Part shown: piece after piece, positions 1-10,929 of the stretch | Position numbering within the stretch: position 1 is the first letter of the stretch | Layout of the letters: the number at the start of each line of letters is the position of its first letter | Source: Octopus vulgaris | Taxonomy: Eukaryota | Reading direction: 5' to 3' | Length of the DNA: 64,000 bases | NCBI GenBank assembly: GCA_951406725.2 | Contig: OX597822.1 | Span: forward strand, 42,098,001 to 42,162,000 | The notes under the pieces: model-generated | What the model saw: only the letters and a program-made list of their open reading frames with translations | Databases searched by the model: none | Told to the model about the DNA's origin: nothing | Position numbers and translations under genes: made by a program

Positions 1-855
1 TCAAATACGAATCTGACTAACCAAAAAAAAAAGAAGAAAGAAGAGGTGGAAAAGAAAGAAGCGACGAGAAAGAAAGAGGATACGGAAAAGGAAAGTGATC
101 AAATAATTAAGGTGTGTGACAACGAGTCAGAGAAGGAGGAAGCGTGTACAGGTGATTTGACTGAGGTCTTAGGAACGCAACTACAGGAGGATGAGATGGA
201 GAAGCTGTTTACGGTGGAGACGGAGAAAGAGAAGGTACCAGACTCAGAGAAGAGTATAGAGGAGCTGTTCTTAGGAAAGGTAGTAAAGGAAGAAAGGGGA
301 AGACCGAGAGGATGTAAGAACTAATGGAATTTTGTAACCTATTCGAAGAATAAGGAGGTGGAGAAGAAAATAGTTAAATTCAAGCACATCATAAGGGTAA
401 AGCTACCAACTGACGTGTACCCAGAGAGTGTAAAGGCCATTGTGGTCGATAGAGAAACATACAGGAAGCTTAAGGACATGTGTGGAAGTAGGATTGACCC
501 AGCCGGAGCGTTGGTAGAGTTTAATGAGCTGCTACCGGCAATCGATCTAGTGGAGTTAGAGCCGTATATCAGGCGTTAAAAGGAAAAAAAAACAAAAGAG
601 GAAGAAGAAAGGAAAAAGTTTGAAGAAATAGGAAAAAAAACGATAATTAAAGGGAAAAAAATTATCAACAGACAGTGTGCGTACAAACGTTCTAATGGTA
701 CTGTATGAGGAGTGGGGCCCATGCAGCCATTCATCTTTCATTATTATATAATTCATATTCATTCGTTATATGTTTATTGTCCCCACTGTGGTGTTGTGTC
801 TGTCCTTGTAGTGTCCCCTCTGTGTTAAGTGACCTGAGTGCCAAAATAAAGAATC
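1..855 (+). mobile_element. 3' part of Tx1/L1-clade element A ending without ORF2 (truncated by window start)
   Basis: Frame 1 is open from base 1 to 579 except one in-frame TAA (322-324): an E/K-rich linker, then a domain FVTYSKNKEVEKKIVKFKHIIRVKLPT homologous to the C-terminus of element B. The 3' UTR ends TTGTAGTGTCCCCTCTGTGTTAAG...AATAAAGAATC like element B and is followed by the shared 15-mer. Confidence 0.7.
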
Positions 856-870
856 AATACGTAGTAGGCG

Positions 871-2566
871 TTGACTGGAGAAGACGTGTTTTTTTTAAGC
901 TCCTGAGCTCGTGCGTTGAAGACGTTGCGTCTTTTGTGTGGGGAAAAAAATTGTAAAAACGTCGTAACGAGAACGAATCGCGCGAGGCACTTGCCGCTGC
1001 TTGCCGTTCTATTTTTTTCTCATTTTAGGTGAAAGAAAAGACGTCGTCCCTCTGTCATGGATACCTATGCGAGGGTTGCTGCAACAAGAAATGTCGCGTC
1101 ACTGGGTTTTAAAAATACTATTACAATTGATAAAGAAGATATTCAAAGGAGCGAACAGCACGTGAGAAGAGAGGGAGAAAGCATCAAGCTGATCCCTCCA
1201 GCAGAAACAACAGAGGATAAAAACATTAAGACCATTATATATAAAACTCAAGATACCAACACAAAGAAAATAGCATAGATATCAGAAGAAGAAATAGAAA
1301 AGTGTCTTGGAGACGTAATGGAAAGAGCAACATACGCCAGCAGAGGGAAAAAGTTCGGTACGGTGGAGGTGAGGTTTGCCACAAGTGAAGGGGCGGCCTC
1401 GCTATCCACCACGATATTCAGAACTGAAAGGTTTACAATGTTACCCTTTTATAAAGGAAGAAGAAGCATAAGGATTAAGATTCCGAACAATACCGCCGGA
1501 AATAAAAACAGAATGGCTGGTGATAGCGATTCTAGGTTCTACAAAAGACGAACCCGAACTGGGTATAGTTACCGAAACTAATATAGTGAACTGGAGGGGA
1601 TTCAGTGTCGAGATGTGGCTTATGGCCACAACAGAAGACATAGAGAGAATCCCCTTCCAGATAGAAGTGGAAAATGGACCAACGATAAATATTGTCGAAG
1701 GAAGGAGACCCAACTGTTGTCTGTGCGGAACTAGAGGACATATAAGGACTGAGTGTCCATTATATGAATTTACACAAGGTAAAGAGACAACAGAAAAGGA
1801 ACAAAAGAAACAACAGCAACAAGAGAAAGTTCAAACAGAAGGGAAAAGGTTAGGAAAAAACAGACTGAAAGAGAAAGAAAACAAAAAGGACAACAAGAAG
1901 AGAGAAATAGAAGAACCAAAAGAAGACAGCAAAGGAGCTACCAGTCCCAAAAGTAGAAAAAGATCGAAGACGTAGCGGAAAACAAAGGTAATGATACAGT
2001 TGAATTTTCTGGAGCATTTGTAATTTACAAAAGCTCCTATGAAATAGAGACAAAATTATCGAGAATGAAGGGAGTAACAAGGGTGAGGATGGGAACTAAG
2101 TATGATGAAGATGAGATTGGTGTTTTAGTCCATGCGAACAGTTACGCCAATTTCATCGAGGTCGTCAAAAAGAATATACTAGAAGACAAGAGGTGTCGGT
2201 TGATGGATCGGCCGTTTCCCGTAATGGATTATGACGAGTTGAAAAGAAAGATAGACTATATCTGAAATTAAAGAAAAGAGAAAAACTGTCGGGGAAAAAA
2301 AAAACTTTGTGAAATTTATTTTTTTGTAAATTTTGCGAACTGTAGTTGATAATCTGTGAGAAAATCAGTTAAGGGAAAAGACTGACCAAATGTAACCACT
2401 CCATTTCAGGGATCGAGTGGGCATTGCGCATCATTATAACATCTTATCATAATTCCTTTTTTTTATTAATTTCTTCGTCTTTATTCATCCTCTTTAGTTA
2501 TTTTATGTTCCCCCGATTGTATCGTCCCCCTCTATGTTTAGTCCTTTATGGATAATAAAGAATCAG
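871..2566 (+). mobile_element. Apparently full-length Tx1/L1-clade ORF1-only (half-LINE) element B, flanked by 15-bp direct repeat
   Basis: AATACGTAGTAGGCG at 856-870 and 2567-2581. CpG-rich 5' UTR (871-1056), a single gag-like ORF, 3' UTR ending AATAAAGAATCAG. No endonuclease/RT ORF fits between the ORF1 stop (2265) and the 3' end. Confidence 0.75.
1057..2265 (+). pseudogene. Disrupted Tx1-type ORF1 (gag-like; CCHC zinc knuckle), ~400 aa reconstructed
   Basis: Joins ORFs 1057-1278, 1318-1581, 1520-1975 and 2065-2265 via an in-frame TAG (1276-1278) and frameshifts near 1488 and 1960. Starts MDTYARVAA; contains RIKIPNIPPEIKTEWL (Tx1 ORF1-like) and CX2CX4HX4C knuckle CCLCGTRGHIRTEC. Confidence 0.75.
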
Positions 2567-2661
2567 AATACGTAGTAGGCGGTCTGAGATACTTGTGTAT
2601 GTACTGGTTTACTAAGTATACTGTATACCGAAGTGGGCGTTATAATAATTCAATAGTTTTA

Positions 2662-3358
2662 GGATATGGCAATGACTGAGCTTTTTCCGCAAGGATCCTA
2701 TCATTTTGGCTGTTGTGAGCTCCTTCAACAGTGAACAACTACTCTTCTCTGTGAAGAGCACATTGCCCAAGCCATGAGTATCGAGCCGCTTAAGTAGTAC
2801 ACGACTTCTTGTGAGTCATTTTCCCCTTTGAAGCAGTTGTTAGGCTGTGAACTTTTCAGTATTTAAATGAAGCAAGTTCCATGTTGCTTTTGGCAGCTTG
2901 CTTCAAAGATTCTCTTGAAACGTCCAGTTCAACCGCCATCCTTTTCATGGAGCACTTTGGATTTCTGAGAAATTAGAATTAAAATTTTTTTTTTTTTTAG
3001 CCTAGAAGTCCTGATTGACTTGGGACGTCCTATTCTCACTCGATCTTAAACTTCACCAGTGTTCCTTAATCGATTGATGGTTCGATAAATGAATGTTCGT
3101 TTCGTTCTCGATCAATTGAGAAGATTCAAAATTTCTGATGGCGACTTGCCAGCTTGATGTAGCTCAACTACAGCAGATCTTCACGTTCCATTCTAATTTT
3201 AGACAAAACCATATCTCTTAGCTTAAAGATGAGTTCAGAACCTGAAAGAAGACAAAAAAATCTTTAAAACGATATAAAATAATAACAAAACTCCAACGAT
3301 TTTTATGTTAAACTAAGAACTTTAAAAAAATGTAACAGAACTTTTGGATCACCCCATA
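2662..3358 (-). mobile_element. Degenerate Tc1/mariner (maT/DD37D-like) transposon, 5' half
   Basis: Minus strand from ATG ~3191 reads MERERSAVVELHQAGKSPSEI...IGRPKSIRT...RNPKCSMKRMAVELDVS...LFTVEGAHNSQNDRI with stops and frameshifts. TIR-like end TA|TGGGGTGATCCAAAAGTTCTGTTACA at 3331-3358. Confidence 0.75.
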
Positions 3359-3859
3359 CAGACAGACAGAGGGGCGTAAGTTCGTTAATTAACATTTTCA
3401 TTAACGATTTAAATTTTAAGCCAACTTTGAAAATCATTACCAGACTAATTAATTTCCGTCACATTTAGCTTCTGTTAACTCAAGCCTCTTAACACAAAAA
3501 TTTCATAAAAACCGATAAATGTTTAAAAGTTTCTATTGTTTTCAGATTGTCTTAGCATATTTAATATTGTACGCGCCATACTTTCAACCCCGATATAACG
3601 TCCCATATTATTATAACTTGTAGGACCTCGTTTGGCCCAGCCTGGATTTGAAACAAAATCCACCAGCCTGTTGTTTGCAAAGACAGCAGAAAATGTCTTT
3701 GTCCTGTTAAGAGGGAACATTGATTGATGTGTTTCCACTTGATCCATGACCTCGCTGAGGTGGATATCAACAGAGAAAATATTGACTTCCATAAACTGAA
3801 AAAAATAAATGGAAGGACAAAAATTGGTAAATATTTTGGTATGAACGCAAATATTTGGT

Positions 3860-4122
3860 CCCGGACGGCAGTTACTTGAGAGCAACGCGACACTCGCTGT
3901 GCCATTCGCCTAGCCTTGGCCTCTATTTGATCCACGACTACAGTTCGGTCAAGGAGACGAGCTGCGGGAAAGCGCGCCGCACAAACGGCGACCACACCCG
4001 TTCACCGTCGTCTATGAAGCGTCGGAGATGTCGCAGTCTCAGCGCATGTCTGCGCATCATCAACCACGGCATGTCTAGCCCTCCATTTAGCGGGTGTTGA
4101 CAGCATATGGATCGCCTATAGA
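3860..4122 (-). mobile_element. Fragment of Tx1/L1-clade ORF2 (region downstream of RT)
   Basis: RRSICCQHPLNGGLDMPWLMMRRHALRLRHLRR resembles the post-RT 'P..xGGLGLP' motif of L1/Tx1 ORF2. Continues through stops as EL*SWIK*RPRLGEWHSECRVALK. Confidence 0.65.
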
Positions 4123-4479
4123 TTGATTCAAACACACACACACACACACACACGCGCAACACAACACATGTGAACACAAAAGGGCAAAACAAGGTGGAAA
4201 AGATAATACTTGACTACCAAAAGTTGAAAGTAAAGTTTTATTGACGATGGAAAGACATCACAAACTAAAAAAGAAATAGGGCGAAGTAATTTTATCAAAC
4301 GTTAAAGCGTTGGATAAAATTGCTTCGCTTCAACTCTACGACTCATAGACTGTTCACTTTCCAGACATTTGTACATTACTGCATATGCTTTATACGCACC
4401 TTTGACAAGTTGTGGTGCACCTGAGCACTGTATACAATAATTTCATTATTATTATCATTTATCCCTAAGCTTCAAGCAA

Positions 4480-4682
4480 CATACGTACGTGCGCGCGCGT
4501 GAGAGAGAGAAAGATAGAGAGAGCAGTTAAGGAAGCTTATCTAAACCAATGATACATTAAAACGTCATCAAACCTGTTCTGCGTTTTAAAAGTTATTTTA
4601 TTGTTGTAGTACCTCTGATCCGAAGCGAAGCAGAGGCATATTTAAAAGTTCGGTCGGGAACCATCCATCAAGAACGGTAATT
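4480..4682 (+). promoter_or_regulatory. Candidate CROT promoter / non-coding first exon
   Basis: The CROT ATG exon begins with a splice acceptor (TTGACAG at 12806), so an upstream UTR exon is needed. This stretch is locally CpG-rich and has a possible donor AACG|GTAATT at 4677. Location is a guess. Confidence 0.3.
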
Positions 4683-5829
4683 CAACAATTCAACTTAACA
4701 ATGGGCGTTATCTCCCGTGAATAGGTCAATATCTAGACCGACACCTCAAATATTGGACACAGTTACCTCCTAGGTTTGTAACATGCAACTCTATATCTAT
4801 CTGTTTTCATACTTTGTATTTTTGTGCATGTCTTTTTACTTCTGTAGCTATACATTTATCTGTTCGTTTGTTTAATTACTACTGTCTGCAGTCAAACATT
4901 AAATCATTCACATTGTGCGATTTGACATGATCAAATGCTCCCCCATTGTCCTATTGACTGCTTTTTATTCTTGCCTATTTATTTCCTTTCTGTACGTTTG
5001 TGTCACTGTTACTGTTTGTGTCACTGTCTGTATCACGGTCACCGCCTTTCCTGTCTACTGATTTCGCTGCATCCCAACACATTCCTTATGTGCGACGGCC
5101 TCTCTATATAGTCGCCGTCTTGCTAGAAATAGCAACCAAATCTCTCAAATCATTCTATCATCTACAAAAAAAACAAAACAAAAAAACTGTGTGTAATTAG
5201 TCCTACATGCCTCTAAAAAAGATTTGCTGATCATCTCTCGAATACCCTTAACTAGGTCTACACAAATGGCCTGACACCATTCGTGACCCAACGAGATTGC
5301 TCGACTTAATTGAAATGGCAGTCAGATTTTCCTTAAATCACCGGACAATGTAATCCTATTACAATATAGGTTATCATGGGTTGAATTCCCTACGTTAATT
5401 TATCTGAAATCAATACCATTCATTCTCTGTTAATTATCCCAATGAAAGAGACTCTCGGTCATACACTCTATGCTCCCATTTGTTGCCGTTTGTTTATATC
5501 TCCCGAGATATCCTCGATTATATCAATGCCAATACTTAGTATCATAATATTTAGTTTTTTTAGGTATGGAAAGCTAAGGAAATTTTCCTAAAAATAATAA
5601 AGTAGCGACAGTGCCTATTCCGGAACTCCGCCCAAATGTGATTATAAAAGGTTTTTTGTTTTTTTAAATATATACTAAGTCATTTGACTCTAAGAAAATG
5701 TATCGATTCATGATGAAAACCGGAGTCAAGTTATATGCACCCAATATTTTATACAGTTTGGAATATAACCAATTATTACGTATTGTATACTTTTACTACC
5801 CCACGGACTATACAGCTGTATGAACTTCT

Positions 5830-6168
5830 TTGGGTGTTTTTCTCTTGTAACTTTTAGGAAAATCTTGTTTGTTTTGTTGTTTTTTTCAATGAAATTCTCT
5901 ATAAATACCTTTCAAACGGCATACATTACGATTATAAAGTAATTTGTGGGGAAAATCTTGAGGAGGGGAGAGGACTTTCGGAAAATTCTCAACATCCGAA
6001 TTTTTCCTCGTTATATTCCGAAATCACATTCAACTTTCTACAGATACCCTAGCGTAACACTACGTAGTGTTTATTTCTACCCACTTTCGATAATTTTTAA
6101 TGCTTTGGCTTCAGTTTTTTTTACACTTTTTTAACCATTCAGGCGTTATTCTCATCCACTCGTTATTA

Positions 6169-6206
<38 letters not shown>

Positions 6207-6268
6207 CTATCTAACTACATATATATATATATATAGAGAGAGAGAGATATATACATATATGAATATAT

Positions 6269-6322
<54 letters not shown>

Positions 6323-6366
6323 CACACACACAATATTATATATATATATATAAACACACACACACA

Positions 6367-6412
<46 letters not shown>

Positions 6413-7000
6413 TAATATTATTTTATATATATATATATATATATACACAGACACATTAAATTTTTACAGGTGCACTTTGCTGAAGTTATAAAAATTAGTG
6501 GTAACGATGTCTGGACACAAAAAAAAAACATGTTTGTGTGAAGCAAGTCAAAGTGTTTTAAAACAAAATATCTTTTACATACCTGCTAAAATAACTGGAT
6601 ATATCGATCCCAGGATACATATAAAATTTCATTGAAAAACCCCCATTTTCTTAAAAGTTAGGGAAAAACTCTGATCTTGTGAATTTTTAGAAGTCCTCTC
6701 CCCACCCCCATGGAAAAGATTTTACCCACAAATTGCTTTATAATCGTAATGTATGCCGTTTGAAAGGTATTTCTATAAAATTTCATTGAAAAAACCCCAT
6801 TTTCCTAATTCCGAATGGGTGGGGAGTGGATTTGGGGATTTTTTCCCGTCATAACTTTCAGGAAAATGGGTATCTCTTAATGAAAGTTTATACAAATACT
6901 TTTCAAACGGAATAGATTACAATTATAAAGACATTTGTAGGGGGAAATCTTTTTCTGAGGGTGTGGGGAGAAGAGTTTTGGATCAAGAACACATAAGTTG
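5830..7000. repeat. Merlin-family subterminal repeat units in alternating orientation (5830-6000, 6615-6810, 6810-7000)
   Basis: Same ~150-bp unit (TTTATAATCGTAATxTATGCCGTTTGAAAGGTATTT...AAAATTTCATT) as inside the TIRs of the Merlin at 15574-17198. Confidence 0.65.
6170..6450. repeat. Compound microsatellite (CT/CTAT/AT/AG/AC)
   Basis: Directly visible. Many more AT/AC/CT tracts occur in the window (e.g. 12640-12720, 24935-24985, 38085-38140, 62700-62835). Confidence 0.95.
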
Positions 7001-7194
7001 GAATTTCTCCGTTTTGATAGGGATTTTTCCAATTGCTTTCACCACAGCCTTCAAAATGATGGGGAGCATCTTTAGAAAATGGTTTGGAAATTTGATTTTT
7101 TTTACTCCCCTCCCTGCTTAATGATGATACCAATGGACCACATGCATGCTCCATTGGTTGCATCAACAAAAAAATGGTAATTAAAATTTTTACT

Positions 7195-9852
7195 CCCAAA
7201 AAACCGATAATTCCCAAAACTGAGTTTAAGTATAAGTAATTCTCAAAACCGGTTTTCATGGATTTAGAGTGGTGTCCTTGTAATGAAGAAGTTTGTCGTA
7301 TATTGCAATTTGTTTATATAAATACACAGAAAGAGAAAAAGTAACAGGTTGACTGATATCCACAAATATGTTGATGGTGCCTGTATCTGTATCTATGTAC
7401 AAACAATAACAAAAAATAATGGTATTATATTTATTTAATCAGGAATGCAACGTTTTTCCAAGTCATTGTACATTTGAGAATCAATCAAGTTTCTTGACTT
7501 GCTTGATGATTCACTTTCCTTCCAAAATAATCTTTTAAAAAACACAATGCATTCAGTGTTTTACCTGACAAACCAGTCCTAATTTTTGTGTTGAAAAGTC
7601 CAGTAATTGAAAAAGCTCTTTCTGACTGGACACTAGTTGCTTTAGTTGTAAGCAATGCTATATAAAGTTTCTCGAGCTTTTCACTTCTGTTCGAAGTTGC
7701 TTCAAAATATTCAAATTCTTTAGAGATTTCAAATCCATCTGTTACTATCTTGGGCTCTTCATTCATTTTCTTCATTGCGCTTGTGTATTCATGCATGAGT
7801 TCATTACCTCTGTAAGTAGATGGGACAACAGTAACACTTGTTTTTAGGTTCCCTCCTATTTCATTTTCTTTGTATAATTCTGTTGTGTGTTCAGCATCAT
7901 GTTCAGGAAATAATCTCCTATATGTTTGTTCAGCATTCTTCCTTAAATGTTTTTTCGTTAAAAAAAGAAAAGGTCCAGAAATTGATTCACCTTTAAACTT
8001 CCTTGGGTTATGTAAATACCTCAAGAGAGTCAAGGTTTTGACATTTCTTCTCTTATTATATCTATGCATAATTCTTTCATGAAGATTTAGAGCCAAAGGG
8101 TTGCCGACGATATTAAGTTTATTCAATAAAAATTCTATAGAATATTCCGCTTTCAGTAAATCCATATCATCAGCGCAAATAGCCTTCAAAATAATTTCTA
8201 CTGGATGCAGAATTTCATATAGTAAATCAAGAGATTTCCATTCTTTGTCAGTTACGGCATCTGTGGAAAGTACTGCTCGTAGAGCATTTGGAATGCAGCT
8301 TTTCAATTTCAAAAATCTCTCAATCATATGGAATGTGTTGTTCCAACTAGTTCTGCAATCCAGTATAAGTTTATATTCTCTGTTATCAAAGTTCGCTCGT
8401 ACAAAATCTTGCAAAATTTCATTTTTTGTAGGAGATTTACAGAAAAGTTTTGAAATTTTTCTTACCTTATTTAAAACTTTGTTAAATTCAGGTTTTAGCT
8501 GGGGAAAACAAGCATTTTCGTGAGCCAAATCTGTTTGAAAAAGTATGTCTTGTTGGCTTATGTCAGCTTCATCATCACTATCGTCTGTTATAGCAATCTC
8601 TTCACTTTTTTTATCAGTCTCATCAGTTGAGGCAATATTTTCAATATTTTTTTGATAGAGAATGTCAATCACAGACAGATGTATGCAATGTGTGAGACAT
8701 TGTTGGTGATCAGGTCTTATTTCTTTTCTGAATTTCATCATCATAGAAGCATCATCCGTCGTACAGCCAACAATGTGTATATCCAATCCAAATTCACGAA
8801 GATGTCCTCTCACAAATTGCTCTGTTCTCCTGCTATTAAGGGAGCCATGGATCTCAATAAGACCCAATGATCAATGATTGTCTTTCCCATGAACATTTAT
8901 GTTCATATATCGTTTATTTTGAATTGATGTGTATTCATTTAATGTCAATGAGTAACGAATCCCTAGCACTACTTCTCTTTCGAAATAATGAATAAGTTCT
9001 TCTTTCTTGGTTATGTAATAATTCATTACCATATTCCTGACTCCGTTTGCAGATGTTGGTTATAATTTATCGTATTTGCCTCTCTGACTATGAAGATATT
9101 TCTCTGTACAAAATCGCTTTTCGCGATTGAATTGAAAGAGAATCCATCCATAGCAGCTAACTTTGAAATTTCTTCTTCCATTGATTTCTTTGTTAAAAAG
9201 TGTTCCATTGTTCTTGTCATTTTCACTGGAGGCTGGTTTGCATCTTGATTTATGTCAATTTGATGAATTTTCTTCAAGTGCAAGATCAGAGATGTAGTAG
9301 ATCCTCCAGAAGACTTCGTGATCTTATCACACTTATTGCATTGAGCTTCATCTTTGTTTTTCCTATCAAAAAAATTCCAAACAGTTGATTTTCTTTTTAT
9401 CATGCTAGGGCTAATGAAAATAATTAAGAAAAAATTTAGTTAGTATTACTTCCTTGAAATGGATCTAGAACCGGTTATTACATATGCTCAACAAGAAAGA
9501 TCAACTGACTGAAGATTAACAGCATCCCCATGACTTTCTATGAATAAACTCTGTTACCTCCAAATTCAAAGAGTCAGCGAAGGAAATGACAAGGTGCTGA
9601 TCTAAGGTTCAAGGGGAGAGAAGGTGAGAATTGATATGTTGCGATATGTTTCAATGAAACAACCAGCACTCTCAACTAAAGGCAACCGACAACAGTTCAG
9701 TTCAGTTCAGTTTCAATGATATTTCATGAAAAGAAAAAAATGGAGAAATGTTTTGCGAAAAAAAATAAATAGAAACAGCAAGCATTAAAATCGATTTTGG
9801 CGAATCTGTTTTGGTTTTACTGATCATAATATAAAACCGGTTTCAAGGCCTA
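7195..9852 (-). mobile_element. hAT DNA transposon (BED-finger transposase), inactivated
   Basis: Terminus TAGGCCTTGAAACCGGTTTT (minus) at 9833-9852; AAAACCG subterminal repeats near 7200-7255, but the matching left TIR was not found (left boundary approximate). Confidence 0.8.
7485..9403 (-). pseudogene. hAT transposase pseudogene (BED finger, DDE core, hATC dimerisation domain)
   Basis: BED finger VWNFF...CNKC...GSTTSLILHLKKIH; core motifs TTDDAS, CLTHCIHL, RTSWNNT, SVQSERAFS. Frameshift ~9100, stops near 9060 and at 8871-8873; first catalytic Asp replaced (SLTLNEYTS). Confidence 0.9.
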
Positions 9853-10299
9853 CCTCCAACTTAGGTACATTTTTTTTTCTGTCTAACCTGTCTCTCTCTC
9901 TTTCTGTTGATTGTTTTCAACCATCACCATCAGCAGTATCACCACCATCGCCACCACAACTGCCCTACACACCATTCAGACTTCTGACACCACCAACACC
10001 AACACATTTGACTTTGCCACCTTACCCTCCACCACCATCACCTCTGTCTTTCACGTCCCTTGACACCCCAGCTACCATCACCGTTGCCTCTGCCTCTATC
10101 ACAACTACAGTTCATGCTATTATCACCCCATTACCATCTCAACTGTCAATGTACTACTGTCCTCACTGTCTCTATGCCTACTATTACTCTCATCCCAGCA
10201 AGAGGAGTAGAAGAAATGTTATTGAATAGTGAGAGAGGGGGGATCAAAGTGTGACACACTGACACACAGAAATTTGTTTTGGCATTTATTATTATAGAT
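9853..10299 (-). mobile_element. Probable non-autonomous Helitron-like element, 5' end
   Basis: Minus strand begins ATCTATAATAATAAATGCC...TGTGTGTCAGTGTGTC, typical of small Helitron 5' ends; 3' end not identified. Confidence 0.4.
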
Positions 10300-10614
10300 T
10301 ATAATCAGAGACAATCAGGAGTAGGGAGTAGGATTGAAAATCAAATTTTCAAATACTTTTTTATAGCATAAATGTGTTTATATGGAGAAAAATATGGCAA
10401 AACATCAAATTATGCGCCAGTGAGGAAGAAACAAGGTGGGTTGTCTTGGGATGTGCTAGAGATGACCGCCAAATCTCCATTAAATTACACTTTTCCCTCT
10501 GAAAATATTTACAATTTTCTTTTTTTTATCATAAAAGCTCCTCCCATAGTTTTTAAGTGCAAAAAATTGGCCAAAATTGGTCTGGAGGGGAGATGGAAGG
10601 GAGTAAAAAAAAAA

Positions 10615-10929
10615 TGAACTTATGTGGTCTTCCTGATCCGAAACTCTTCTCCCCACCCTCCAGAAATAATTTTTCCCACAAATTTCTTTATAATCGTAAT
10701 CTATGCCATTTGAAAGGTATTTATATAAAATTTCATTAAAAGATATCCATTTTCCTAAAAGTTATGAGGAAAAAAATTGGATCGTGTAAATTTTCCAAAA
10801 GTCCTCTCCTTACCTTCCAAGTTGTTTGAGCAAATTTTGGTTTTCAGATTCATTTATTACACATTTTTTTTATGCCTATTACTTTTTTTTGTTTGTTTTG
10901 GTAGCTGGGTGTTAAACTAGATATTAACC
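10615..10929. mobile_element. Right terminal inverted repeat of a Merlin-family element
   Basis: Ends GTTAAACTAGATATTAACC (10929), matching the Merlin terminus at 17198; inner part is the reverse complement of 6810-7000. Confidence 0.7.

Noticed and set aside
856-870. let-7-like similarity of GTAGTAGG
   Set aside because: Only 8 nt match, the seed is incomplete and there is no precursor hairpin.
6100-6454. ORFs rich in YI/HT/VC repeats (also 24851-25387, 30653-30981, 35901-36147, 37987-38280, 62577-62894)
   Set aside because: Translations of dinucleotide microsatellites and SINEs.
7870-8870. Plus-strand ORFs over the hAT
   Set aside because: Antisense shadows of the transposase frame.
7485-9403. 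Domesticated ZBED-type gene
   Set aside because: Frameshift, two stops, a catalytic D-to-N change and a retained transposon terminus indicate a decaying hAT.
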